Assembly: GCA_963752475.1 (NCBI GenBank)
Contig: CAVVYR010000008.1
Location: forward strand, 96,001-160,000
Direction of reading: 5' to 3'
Length of the DNA stretch: 64,000 bases
Origin: an uncultured Chloroflexia bacterium
GTDB taxonomy: Bacteria > Chloroflexota > Limnocylindria > Limnocylindrales > CSP1-4
Shown here: positions 29,817-39,312 of the stretch, in pieces
How positions within the stretch are numbered: position 1 is the stretch's first letter
How the letters are laid out: every line of letters begins with the position of its first letter
The notes under the pieces: model-generated
What the model was told of the DNA's origin: nothing
The model's database searches: none
The model's input: the letters and a program-made list of their open reading frames with translations, nothing else
Made by a program: the position numbers and the translations under genes

Positions 29817-31376
29817 TCATGCCGACTGTCTCGCGCGCAGGCGGGCCAGCTCGACGAAGTCCCCCTTGAGGTCCTGGTAGACCTGCTTGAAGAGGGCGAA
29901 CCGTTCCATGTACGCCGCGTGGGCCTCGGGGTCAGGCTCCATGGGCTCGATCGTGGTGGCCCAACCCTTGGCCACCGAGAAGTCGGGGAAGACGCCCGTC
30001 GCGACACCGGCCAGGATGGCGTCGCCGTAGGGCGCGCCGGTACGGCGCTCGAGCAGGACCGTGCCCACGTCGAAGACGTCGGTGATGATCCGCCGCCAGA
30101 GCAGGGACTTGGCGCCACCCTCGTTGAGCACGAGCGGGTAGTTCACCGTCAGGCCGGCAGCGCTGAGGGTCTCGAACGAGTGGTAGAGCGCGAAGGCCAC
30201 GCCCTCCATGGCCGCGCGGACGACGTGGCCCTTGCTGTGGTTGAGCGACAGGCCGAAGATGACGCCACGGGCGTTGACGTCCCAGATGGGCGTGCGTTCG
30301 CCCATGAGATAGGGCAGGAACAGCAGCCCGTCAGCGCCCGCCGGCACCGCCGCGGCCTGCTGGTTGAGCACGTCGTAGACGTCAGGCCCACCGGCCGCCT
30401 CCTGCTCCAGCTCGAGGGCGCTGAACTCGTCGCGCAGGTAGCGCAGCGTCTGACCGCCAGTGGTCGTGGTCGGCACCGTGATGTACGTGTCGTGCGAGTC
30501 GACGGTGTAGGGGAAGTTGATCGAGGCCGCGCCCGACTCGCTGAAGAGGAATTCTCGTGAGCGGTGGATGATGCCGAAGTTGCCGGCCGTACCCAGGTTC
30601 ATCTGGATGTCGCCGGGCTCGATGGCACCGCCCTGCATCCAACCGGCGTTGCAGTCGACCTGTCCGCCCGCGACCGGTGTGCCCGAGGCCAGGCCGCATT
30701 CAGCGGCGGCGGCACCGGTGATCTCGCCGATGACGTCCTCGCAGCGGCAGAGCTCGGGCATCAGCGCCGGATCGAGGCCCATCTCCTCGAGCAGGTCGGT
30801 ATCGAAGCGCTGGTCGAGGATGTCGTAGACACCGAAGAACGGCGCCGCGCTGTAGTGCGCGGTCGAACGGCCGGTGAGCTTGAAGTTGATGAAGCCGTCG
30901 ATGGTCAGGACCTTGGCCACGGTCGCGAAACGCTCCGGGTGGTGGTTCCGCTCCCAGAGCAGGTTCATCACCGCGGGGTGATCCTCGAGGCGGTTGGCGG
31001 TGATCCTGAAGATGCGCTCGGCGCCGATGTTCTCGGTGACCCAGGCGACCTCTTCGGTGGCCCGGCGGTCCATGAGGTTGTATGCACGCGGCAGCGGCTC
31101 CCCGTCACCATCGACGAGGACGACCGAGGGGAGCGCGGAGGAGGTGGCCACGCCCCGGATCTCGGCCGGGTCCACACCGGTGTCGGTGAGGACCTTTCGA
31201 ACCATGCGGCAGAAGGCTTCCCAGTAGCGGGGCGCATCATGCTCGGACCAACCCGAACGCTCGGTGTGGATCGGGTACTCCTCGTAGGCGTACCCGAGCT
31301 GCTCGCCCGACGAGTCGATGAGTGCGATCTTGGCACCGCCGGTGCCGTAGTCCGCGCCCAGCAGATAGTCAGCCAT
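29817..31376 (-). CDS. FGGY family carbohydrate kinase
   Basis: [30 protein letters not shown] and GGAKS motifs. Confidence 0.92.
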   Translation of the reverse strand: MADYLLGADYGTGGAKIALIDSSGEQLGYAYEEYPIHTERSGWSEHDAPRYWEAFCRMVRKVLTDTGVDPAEIRGVATSSALPSVVLVDGDGEPLPRAYNLMDRRATEEVAWVTENIGAERIFRITANRLEDHPAVMNLLWERNHHPERFATVAKVLTIDGFINFKLTGRSTAHYSAAPFFGVYDILDQRFDTDLLEEMGLDPALMPELCRCEDVIGEITGAAAAECGLASGTPVAGGQVDCNAGWMQGGAIEPGDIQMNLGTAGNFGIIHRSREFLFSESGAASINFPYTVDSHDTYITVPTTTTGGQTLRYLRDEFSALELEQEAAGGPDVYDVLNQQAAAVPAGADGLLFLPYLMGERTPIWDVNARGVIFGLSLNHSKGHVVRAAMEGVAFALYHSFETLSAAGLTVNYPLVLNEGGAKSLLWRRIITDVFDVGTVLLERRTGAPYGDAILAGVATGVFPDFSVAKGWATTIEPMEPDPEAHAAYMERFALFKQVYQDLKGDFVELARLRARQSA

Positions 31377-31391
31377 TCGTGACAGTCATCG

Positions 31392-31459
31392 TGTGAGAAT
31401 TCTCTCGCTCTTGAGAAATTTCTCATACGACGCTAGCATGCTGCTCGGGTCCGAGTCAA
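31392..31459 (-). promoter_or_regulatory. Sigma70-type promoter TTGACT-N18-TAGCGT with two tandem palindromic operators
   Basis: -35 at 31454-31459, -10 at 31430-31435; perfect palindrome TGAGAAATTTCTCA at 31412-31425; TGTGAGAATTCTCTCG at 31392-31407. Confidence 0.75.
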
Positions 31460-31613
31460 CGGCTCGGACGCACAAACCCTCGTCGTGCGCGGCGGTTCAG
31501 GGCTCGCTCGGTGGCTACTGACGGGTCGCCTGGCCGTGGCGTTCGCTACGAGAAGTCGTTGACACGGGCGTGCTCGATCGCCGCCCAGTGCCATCCGGGA
31601 AAGGATGATCCAC

Positions 31614-32177
31614 ATGAAGACCGCCAAGGACAAGCATGTCGTGATGGCCGCCGACTTCGCCGGCTATCCGCTGCAGCAAGCTGTCAAGGAGTACCTCCAG
31701 AACAACGGCTGGACCGTCGAGGACCTCACTCCGGTGAAGGACGAGATCCCCATGTTCCACCGCGTCGGATTCATGCTCGGCGCGAAGATCGCCGAGAAGG
31801 AGTACGAGAAGGGCCTCCTCTTCTGCGGCACCGGCATGGGCATCCACCTCGCCGCGGCCAAGGTGCCGCACGTGCACGCCGCCGTCTGCGAAAGCGTGCG
31901 CGCGGCCAAGCGCTGCGCCACCGGCAACAAGTGCAACGTCATGGCCATGGGCGCGCTGTGGATCGCACCGAACCTGGGCTTCGCCATGGCCGACGCCTTC
32001 CTCCAGGGTGAGTTCTGCGAGGGCTACGAGGACTGGGAAGGCTTCTACGAGTGGCACGAGATCGGCTACCAGGAGATCGACAACTTCGACTACGAGGCCT
32101 TCAAGGCGAGTGGCTTCAAGATCGTCGATGAGCCGCGCGTCGAAATGGCCCCCTGGCCCAAGGACCTGCCCTACTAG
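31614..32177 (+). CDS. RpiB/LacA/LacB family sugar-phosphate isomerase
   Basis: AADFAG, FCGTGMG and NKCNVMAMGA motifs. Confidence 0.85.
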   Translation: MKTAKDKHVVMAADFAGYPLQQAVKEYLQNNGWTVEDLTPVKDEIPMFHRVGFMLGAKIAEKEYEKGLLFCGTGMGIHLAAAKVPHVHAAVCESVRAAKRCATGNKCNVMAMGALWIAPNLGFAMADAFLQGEFCEGYEDWEGFYEWHEIGYQEIDNFDYEAFKASGFKIVDEPRVEMAPWPKDLPY

Positions 32178-32227
32178 CGTTCCCATGGACGACGGAGCTC
32201 GCGGCCTGCGACGAAGCCGCTAGCGGA

Positions 32228-32253
32228 GCGGGGCGTCTCGCATGACGCCCCGC
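32228..32253 (+). terminator. GC-rich hairpin after the rpiB-like gene
   Basis: GCGGGGCGTC-6 nt-GACGCCCCGC. Confidence 0.45.
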
Positions 32254-32367
32254 GACGACTCGACCGCGCAGGGGCGCGCCGCAGTCGAACCAAAGGCGCT
32301 TCGACCCGCCCGCCCGGATCCATCGGCCTCATCGTCAGGCGCGGGCGTGCCCCACACTGCACAGACC

Positions 32368-33258
32368 ATGACGGACGCCACCCCCGGACTACCCTCCCCC
32401 ACCAAGCCCACACCGCAGGTCGACCTCGATCCGCTGATGCCGGCCGCGACCGCGGCCAAGGCAGAGGACATCGGCGTCAAGAAGGCCAACATGGCCGCCG
32501 GCCCGATGTTCCTGCTGGCGGTGCTGGCGGGCGCCTTCATCGCCCTCGCCGCGGCCTTCTCCACCACGGTCATCGCCGGTGCCGGCGAGTTCCTCCCCTT
32601 CGGCGTCATCAAGCTCATCGCCGGCATCACCTTCAGCCTGGGGCTCATCCTCGTCGTACTCGGCGGCGCAGAGCTGTTCACGGGGAACAACCTCATCGCC
32701 GTCGCCTGGGCCTCACGCCACATCACGTCCGTGGCTGTGCTGCGCAACTGGACCATCGTCTGGGTCGGCAACCTGGTGGGCGCGCTGGCCACGGCGGTGC
32801 TCATCGTGGTCGCGGGGCAATACGAGTTCGGGGGCGGGGTCGTGGGCCAGGCGGCACTCGAGATCGCTGCCGGCAAGGTCGCACTCGACCCACTGCGGGC
32901 GTTCACCCTGGCCATCCTCTGCAACGGCCTCGTCTGCCTGGCCGTGTGGCTGACCTACTCCGCGCGCACGACGATCGACAAGGTCGTGGTCATCGTCCCG
33001 CCGGTGGCGGCGTTCGTGGCCATGGGCTTCGAGCACTCGGTCGCGAACATGTACTTCATCCCCGTGGCCATCCTGGTCCGGCTGGTGGCACCGGAGACCT
33101 TCTGGATGGACATCGACAGTTCGGCCGAAGCCTACGCCGCGGTCGACATCGCCGGCTTCGTGGGCAATATCACGCCGGTCACGCTGGGCAACATCGTCGG
33201 CGGCACCATCCTCGTCGGAGCCGTCTACTGGATGGCCCACCTCCGCGACATCCGCTAG
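32368..33258 (+). CDS. focA: Formate/nitrite transporter
   Basis: LAGAFIA, GAELFTGN, GNLVG, LCNGLVCLAVW and GFEHSVANM motifs. Confidence 0.9.
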   Translation: MTDATPGLPSPTKPTPQVDLDPLMPAATAAKAEDIGVKKANMAAGPMFLLAVLAGAFIALAAAFSTTVIAGAGEFLPFGVIKLIAGITFSLGLILVVLGGAELFTGNNLIAVAWASRHITSVAVLRNWTIVWVGNLVGALATAVLIVVAGQYEFGGGVVGQAALEIAAGKVALDPLRAFTLAILCNGLVCLAVWLTYSARTTIDKVVVIVPPVAAFVAMGFEHSVANMYFIPVAILVRLVAPETFWMDIDSSAEAYAAVDIAGFVGNITPVTLGNIVGGTILVGAVYWMAHLRDIR

Positions 33259-33588
33259 CGGCCATCGACCGGCTCAGTGCGTCCGGTGACGAGCAAGCTC
33301 GGCACTGCCGGGTGGTCGGATCGGCACTTCCAGTGTTCCAGGAAGCCCTCGGTGCCCTCAACCGAGTCCCGCAGAAAGTGGAACAGCGCTGCAACCCGCT
33401 TTCGCCGCCGCCTCATCCTCCCGAGACTAGGTGGACGCTCGAGCAGTTCTCGGGAGGCTTCTCGAGCGTCAGGCCATCCGTAGGGCACTGGATTGTGCCG
33501 TGGAGCGTCAGCGAGTGTCCGGGGGCTGGATCGACGCTTGTCCGGGTCCGTTCGGAGCGCCTCGAGCGTCAACCTAGTCTCGAGGGGA

Positions 33589-33763
33589 TGGCTGGGCCCG
33601 GCAGCCTGAGCCGATCAGCTCACCTCGAGGGGAGCGGCAGCCTCGGCCTGGGCCCGGCAGCCTGAGCCGCTGGCTGCGCCCGGCAGCCTAGCCGCTGGCT
33701 GGGCCCGGCAGCCTGAGCCGCTCAGCCCACCTCGAGGGGAGCCGCGGCTTCGGCCTGGGCCCG
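33589..33763. repeat. 68-bp imperfect direct repeat duplicating the MFS gene 3' end, plus ~25-bp GGCTGGGCCCGGCAGCCTGAGCCG units
   Basis: Copies at 33589-33656 and 33696-33763, 5 mismatches. Confidence 0.8.
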
Positions 33764-35011
33764 TTCCTCAGGGCTGATGGACTCCCGGTCGGCGTCACGC
33801 TCCCAGACCGCGTCCGACCAGCGGGTGAGTGCGTAGGCAGCCAGCCCGACGATCACCGCAGCCACGGCCATGGGTGTGATCGAGCCGTCGTAGCGCGCAT
33901 CGATGGCGGCACCGATGGCTGCACCGAAGAGCGTCGTGGTGGCGCCGATGACTGCCGCAGCGGTGCCGGCCACCCGGCCCATCGGGATCATCGCCGCCGA
34001 GTTCAGGTTGGGCGACGACCAGGCGTGCATCAACAGGATCGAGACGATGCCCACGATGTACAAGCCCAGCGGCGGCTGCCCGTCGAACAGGACCGCGAGG
34101 CCCGCGAAGACGAGCGACGTCAGAACCAGCCCCGTGGTCGCGTATCGCAGCAACCGACGTAGCCCGAACCAGTCGATCAGCCGCGTGTTGAACAGCGTCG
34201 CGGCCCCGTACGCCAGCGCCAATCCACCGAAGATCAGAGGGAACCAGTCGGCCAGGTCGTACATGTCACTGATGATCAACTGGCTCGTGGCCAGGTAGGA
34301 GGCAAAGAAGCCGAAGATCGCCGTCTGGGCCAGGGTCAGACCCATGGTGAAGCGGCTGCTGACCACGTAACGACCAGCACCGACGAGCTTGCCGACGTCG
34401 AGCGGGATCCGCCGCTCCACCGGTAGCGATTCAGGCAAGCGCAGAGACCAGGCCGCGACCGACGCACCGGCGATGGCGATGAAGGCGAAGACCCAGCGCC
34501 AGTCGCCGACGAGGAGGACCATCGAGCCCAGCGTTGGCGCGAGCATCGGTACGATGATGAAGACGGCCATGATGTAGCTGAGCGTCTTGGCCATGGCGTC
34601 GCCCTTGTAGCGGTCACGGATCGCACCCATGGTGATGACGCGTACGCCGGCGGCACCCAGGCCGGCCACGAAGCGCAACACCAACAGGAACTCGAGCGAA
34701 GGCGACAGCGCTCCGCCGACCGCGGCCACGACGTAGACCACGAGCCCCGCATAGAGGATCGGCTTGCGCCCGAGCGCGTCTGCCAAAGGACCCCACACCA
34801 GCTGACCGAGGCCGATGCCGATGAAGAAGACGGTCACGATGAGCGCGACCGAGTTTGAGTCGGCTGCCAGCCCGAAGTCGGCGCGGATGTCGCCGAAGGC
34901 GGGCAGCATCATGTCGATGGCCAGGGCGGTGAGGGCCATGAGCATGGAGATGAGCGCGATGAACTCGCGTCGACCCATGTGGGCCTCGAGGTCGTCGGGA
35001 GAGGTGGTCAA
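33722..35011 (-). CDS. Bcr/CflA family MFS multidrug efflux transporter
   Basis: LAIDMMLPAF, GPLADALGRKP, IRDRY and LPESL motifs; about 12 TM helices. Confidence 0.9.
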   Translation of the reverse strand: MTTSPDDLEAHMGRREFIALISMLMALTALAIDMMLPAFGDIRADFGLAADSNSVALIVTVFFIGIGLGQLVWGPLADALGRKPILYAGLVVYVVAAVGGALSPSLEFLLVLRFVAGLGAAGVRVITMGAIRDRYKGDAMAKTLSYIMAVFIIVPMLAPTLGSMVLLVGDWRWVFAFIAIAGASVAAWSLRLPESLPVERRIPLDVGKLVGAGRYVVSSRFTMGLTLAQTAIFGFFASYLATSQLIISDMYDLADWFPLIFGGLALAYGAATLFNTRLIDWFGLRRLLRYATTGLVLTSLVFAGLAVLFDGQPPLGLYIVGIVSILLMHAWSSPNLNSAAMIPMGRVAGTAAAVIGATTTLFGAAIGAAIDARYDGSITPMAVAAVIVGLAAYALTRWSDAVWERDADRESISPEERAQAEAAAPLEVG

Positions 35012-35297
35012 CAGGAGCTCCGGGAGTCAGCGCGCAGGGCGTAGAGCGATCGCACGCGCCTTGAGGTCAGTGTGTCAGGGCCTCGGCCGAATAGTCCGTG
35101 CCGGTCGGGCCGGAATCGTGGGCCTGACGACTCGCGCTAGCTGTACTGCCCACAGATCCGGCTGACGGTCTCGCTGGACGCCCGCGAGAGAATCTGACGT
35201 AGGCGGGAGGCGTCGACGCGCCGGCTGACCGTGGCTGCGTCGACCGCGCAGCGCCACCGACGGACCCGGTCCGCGAACCAGAAGGGGGGCTGGCACC

Positions 35298-35717
35298 ATG
35301 CGCACGTCGATACCGGTCCGGGCAGCCCTCTCGGTCACCGTCCCGCTCGTGGCCGGCGTCGTCTTCGTCGCTTGGGCCCTCGTCGCGACCCTGGGTGGCG
35401 TCCCGGGCTGTGCTGGCGTTCCGTACGAGGACGGGGTCGACTCATGGGCGGCCGTGGGCGTGTCGACGGCGCTGCTGTACTGCGCCATCGGTGCGGCCAT
35501 CCTCGCCGTACGTCTCGCGGGTTGGCTTGCCCTCTTGGCGACGGCGCTGACGGTGCTCGCTGTGGCGCTCGGTGCACAGTTCGGCTTCGCCGTCGGCATG
35601 TTCGTGGCCGAGTGCGAGTGGGACGAGGGCCCAGCGTTGACGCTCAGCCTGTTCGCTACACCCAGCGCGCTGTTCGGCTATGCCATCGGCTGGGTCCTGC
35701 GCCGGGCCCAGGTCTGA
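35298..35717 (+). CDS. Hypothetical membrane protein (about 4 TM)
   Basis: Hydrophobic ORF with GC-rich third positions filling the gap. Confidence 0.55.
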   Translation: MRTSIPVRAALSVTVPLVAGVVFVAWALVATLGGVPGCAGVPYEDGVDSWAAVGVSTALLYCAIGAAILAVRLAGWLALLATALTVLAVALGAQFGFAVGMFVAECEWDEGPALTLSLFATPSALFGYAIGWVLRRAQV

Positions 35718-35738
35718 CCATGCGAGCGTCAGCGGGGC

Positions 35739-36470
35739 CTAAGACGAGGACTCGTCCCCCAGGTCCAGCGGCGTGCCCACAGAACGACGCGCCGTCCGCG
35801 CCACGCGCAGGAAGTTGGTCACATGTGACAACGGCGAGATGTGCGAGCCAGCGTCCTCGTAGATGGTGGGGATCGGAACCCAGTCGATGTCGAGGCCAGC
35901 GCGAATGGCGTCGGTGATCATCTCGACCTCGAACTCGAAGCCGTCCTCCGCCGACCGCAGCAGGTGCGGCAGGAGCGGCCTGGCGATGAGCCGATAGCCC
36001 GACTGGTTGTCGGCGATGTGGCGACCCACGGCCCAGCTGAACGTCTGTGTGCCCAGGTTGTTGGCCACCCGCCGCGAAAGCGGCATCTGGCTGAAGTCGC
36101 GCCGGCCGATGATCAGCGGCGCGCCCCGCTCACGCCAGGCTGCGAGGAAGTCGGGCGCACAGGCTGGGTCGTGCTGTCCGTCGGCATCCAGCGTCAAGAC
36201 CGCCGTGGCGCCGTCTTCCAGCGCGTGTCTGAACCCACGGCGAAGCGCCGCACCCTTGCCCTGGTTGGGCTCCTGTCGCAGCACCTCCGCGCCGGCGGCT
36301 TCGGCCACGGCTGAAGTGTCGTCGGTGGACCCGTCATCGACGACCAGCACGGGCAGATGCTCGGCCGTGGCGCGCACGACGCTGTCGAGGGTCGGCGCTG
36401 CCTGATAGGCCGGGATGACCGCGACGACATCGGACGACATCCCGGGATCGTCGATGGACTCGCTGCTCAC
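35739..36470 (-). CDS. GT2 family glycosyltransferase (DPM synthase-like)
   Basis: VIPAY, VVDDGSTD, NQGKG, DADGQH and DNQSGYR motifs; TACGAT -10 box 6 nt before the GTG. Confidence 0.9.
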   Translation of the reverse strand: MSSESIDDPGMSSDVVAVIPAYQAAPTLDSVVRATAEHLPVLVVDDGSTDDTSAVAEAAGAEVLRQEPNQGKGAALRRGFRHALEDGATAVLTLDADGQHDPACAPDFLAAWRERGAPLIIGRRDFSQMPLSRRVANNLGTQTFSWAVGRHIADNQSGYRLIARPLLPHLLRSAEDGFEFEVEMITDAIRAGLDIDWVPIPTIYEDAGSHISPLSHVTNFLRVARTARRSVGTPLDLGDESSS

Positions 36471-36501
36471 GAGCCCATCGTAGGGCGTCAGGTCCTGCCC
36501 G

Positions 36502-38229
36502 TTAGTCGATCATGATCGCGTCGGGCCCCGGCACGCCGGAAGCGGTCGTGGTGTACGTGGCCGGCAGGCGGCGGTTCAGCGCGAACTCGCGCATGGCCGT
36601 GGCGCCCGAAAGGTTGTGGACGTCCTCGAAGCCATTCTGCTTGAGGATGCGCGTGGCCACATACGAACGCAGACCGGAGCGGCAGGCCACGACCGTGGGC
36701 AGACTCGGGTCGAGCTCGTCGAGGCGGTCGCGCAGCTTATCGAGCGGGATGTTGATGATGTCGTCACAGTCGGCCAGCGGCAGCGCTTCGACCTCCGCCG
36801 CTGAGCGCACGTCCACCGTCTGGTATGGACAGAGGTCGATATCCGGCTGCACCACCGGGGCCAAACCATCGAGGTGGTTCTGCGCCGCGAAGGCGGCCAT
36901 GTGCACCGGGTCCTTGGCCGAGCCGAAGGGCGGTGCGTAGGCCAGGTCCAACGCCACGATGTCGTGGACGGTGCCACCGAAGTGCATGACGGTGGAGATC
37001 ACGTCGAGCCGCTTGTCGACGCCTTCGCCACCGCTGGCCTGGGCACCAAGGACCTTGCCCGTGCCCTCCTCGAAGACGAGCTTGACGATCATGGCCTGGG
37101 CGCCGGGGTAGTAGCCCGCGTGGTTGTTGGCGATGACATGCGTCGCTACGGCGTCGTAGCCCGCGTCCTTCGCTGCCTTCAGCGAGAGACCGGTCATGCC
37201 GGCCGAGGTGCCGAAGACACGCACGATGCTGGTACCCCACGCCGCGGGCGCCTTGCGTGACTCACCAGTCGCGGCGTGCTCACCCGCCAGGCGGCCAGTG
37301 CGGTTGGCGGGACCGGCCAGCGCCACGCGCATCTTGGCGCCGGTGGGGCCGTAGGTGTACTCGGCCGCGTCGCCGACCGCATAGATGTCGGGATCGCTGG
37401 TGCGCATGAACTCGTCAGTGCCGATGCCACGGCTCTGGCCGAGCTCGATGCCAGCCGCCTCCGCCAGCGCGACGTTGGGTCGCACGCCGATGGCCAGGAG
37501 GACGAGGTCTGCCGGCAGGCGGGTGCCATCAGCGAGCACGGCCGCGGTAGCGCGCCCGCCCTGCTCCTCGATGGAGGCGATGCCATTGCCCAATTCCAGA
37601 TCGACGCCGTTGAACTCGAGCTGTCGGTGCAGCGGCTCGACCATCTCCGGGTCGTGCATCGGCAACACCTGTGGCTGCATCTCGACCAGTGCCACCTCCA
37701 GGCCCTTGCGCCGGAACTGTTCGGCCGTCTCCAGGCCCACGTAGCCACCTCCGACGACGACCGCACGCTGGGCCTCGGGCATGGCTTCCGCGATGCGGTC
37801 GGTGTCCTCGAGGTTGCGCAGCGTGAAGACGCCCTCGGCATCCGCGCCGGGGATCGGCGGTACGAGGGGATCGGCGCCGGGGGCGAGGATGAGCTTGTCG
37901 TACGCCATCTCGTACGAGTCGTCCGCGTCAAGGTCCTTGACCGTGATGGACTTCGCTTCGCGGTCGATGCCGGTGACCTCGTGGCGCGTACGCACCTCGA
38001 TGTCGAACCTGCGCTTGAAGAGCGAGGGCTTGGCGATGAGCAGGGCGTCGCGGTCCGTGATCTCGCCTCCGAGGTAGTACGGCAGGCCGCAGTTGGCGAA
38101 GGACACGTACGAGTCACGCTCGAAGATGATGATGCGAGCGTTCTCGTTCATGCGCCGCGCGCGGGCGGCGGCGGACGCACCGCCGGCGACACCGCCGACG
38201 ATGAGGATGGTGGGGGCATTCTCGGGCAC
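36502..38229 (-). CDS. CoA-disulfide/persulfide reductase with C-terminal rhodanese domain
   Basis: GGVAGG, SFANCGLPY, GGGYVG, IYAVGD and LAYAPPF motifs; rhodanese VDVR..CRSGLRS. Confidence 0.9.
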   Translation of the reverse strand: MPENAPTILIVGGVAGGASAAARARRMNENARIIIFERDSYVSFANCGLPYYLGGEITDRDALLIAKPSLFKRRFDIEVRTRHEVTGIDREAKSITVKDLDADDSYEMAYDKLILAPGADPLVPPIPGADAEGVFTLRNLEDTDRIAEAMPEAQRAVVVGGGYVGLETAEQFRRKGLEVALVEMQPQVLPMHDPEMVEPLHRQLEFNGVDLELGNGIASIEEQGGRATAAVLADGTRLPADLVLLAIGVRPNVALAEAAGIELGQSRGIGTDEFMRTSDPDIYAVGDAAEYTYGPTGAKMRVALAGPANRTGRLAGEHAATGESRKAPAAWGTSIVRVFGTSAGMTGLSLKAAKDAGYDAVATHVIANNHAGYYPGAQAMIVKLVFEEGTGKVLGAQASGGEGVDKRLDVISTVMHFGGTVHDIVALDLAYAPPFGSAKDPVHMAAFAAQNHLDGLAPVVQPDIDLCPYQTVDVRSAAEVEALPLADCDDIINIPLDKLRDRLDELDPSLPTVVACRSGLRSYVATRILKQNGFEDVHNLSGATAMREFALNRRLPATYTTTASGVPGPDAIMID

Positions 38230-38466
38230 GTCGATCTCCGATCGAGGGAAAGGGCTGCGTTTCACCTCCGATGATACTCAGTCTCAGCGAAGTCCCCACC
38301 GGCCGCGGGTCGCACATCCGTGGGCCATGCGGACCCTCGAGCGTTCGGAGCCCTCCGGTGATCAAACAGGCCGATCACGACGCCGAACACATTCGATTGG
38401 ACTGTCGTTCCGCCGTGGTCTAGCGTGAACAGCGCCCGATCCCATCCCAGGTGGACCTTTGACCTC

Positions 38467-39300
38467 ATGACCGAACCCGCGGCAGACGCTGCCGCTGTCG
38501 CCCGCCGTGTCCTCGAGCACGGCCACCCATTCCCGCTCAAGCGTGATGTAGCCGGGGTCTTCGATTCCCTCATCGGCAGCCTCTTCCCGCAGCTCGCGAC
38601 GCAGGCCGCCCGAGACGTGGACGACCTGGCCCAGCGCATCAACGAGGCCTGCGGCCGGTTCGGCGCCATCGCCGAACCACTGGCGGCCCGGCCGGCCGGC
38701 GAGCTCGAGGCGGAGTTGCTCGCGGCCCTGCCCGAGGTCCACGAGCGCGGTCTCGAGGACGCAGCCGCCATCCTTGCGGGTGATCCGGCAGCGGAGTCGC
38801 TGGACGAGGTCATCGCGGCCTACCCGGGCTTCCTTGCCATCGCCGCCCATCGGCTGGCGCACGCTGCAGACCTGCTCGATGTGCCCATCGTGCCGCGCCT
38901 CATGGCCGAGCTCGCACACTCGCGCTCCGGCGTCGACATCCATCCATCTGCGACCATCGGGCGCTCGTTCTGCATCGACCACGCCACCGGCATCGTCATC
39001 GGCGAGACCGCGGTCATCGGCGACCACGTGAAGCTCTACCAGGGCGTCACGCTGGGGGCGCTGTCGGTATCGAAGGACAAGGCCGGCACCAAACGCCATC
39101 CCACCATCGGCGACCGGGTCGTCATCTATGCCAACGCCACCGTGCTCGGCGGTGAGACGGTCATCGGCGCCGACAGCGTCGTTGGCGGCAACGTCTTCCT
39201 CACTCGCAGCGTGCCCCCGGGCTCGCTCGTCTACCAGACCGCGGACTATCGAGTTCGCCAGCACGGCGATCGCTTCGACGAGTTCGACCACGTCATCTAG
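38467..39300 (+). CDS. cysE: Serine O-acetyltransferase
   Basis: GDPAAES, GVDIHPSATIG, IDHATGIVIGET, YQGVTLG and KRHPTIG motifs. Confidence 0.92.
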   Translation: MTEPAADAAAVARRVLEHGHPFPLKRDVAGVFDSLIGSLFPQLATQAARDVDDLAQRINEACGRFGAIAEPLAARPAGELEAELLAALPEVHERGLEDAAAILAGDPAAESLDEVIAAYPGFLAIAAHRLAHAADLLDVPIVPRLMAELAHSRSGVDIHPSATIGRSFCIDHATGIVIGETAVIGDHVKLYQGVTLGALSVSKDKAGTKRHPTIGDRVVIYANATVLGGETVIGADSVVGGNVFLTRSVPPGSLVYQTADYRVRQHGDRFDEFDHVI

Positions 39301-39312
39301 CAGGAGGCATCC

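Noticed and set aside
33259-33588. Short ORFs or IS remnant between focA and the MFS gene
   Set aside because: No transposase motifs, terminal inverted repeats or coding-like codon pattern seen
33589-33763. Possible mini-CRISPR
   Set aside because: Units are adjacent or separated by a copy of the neighbouring gene end; no unique spacers of regular length
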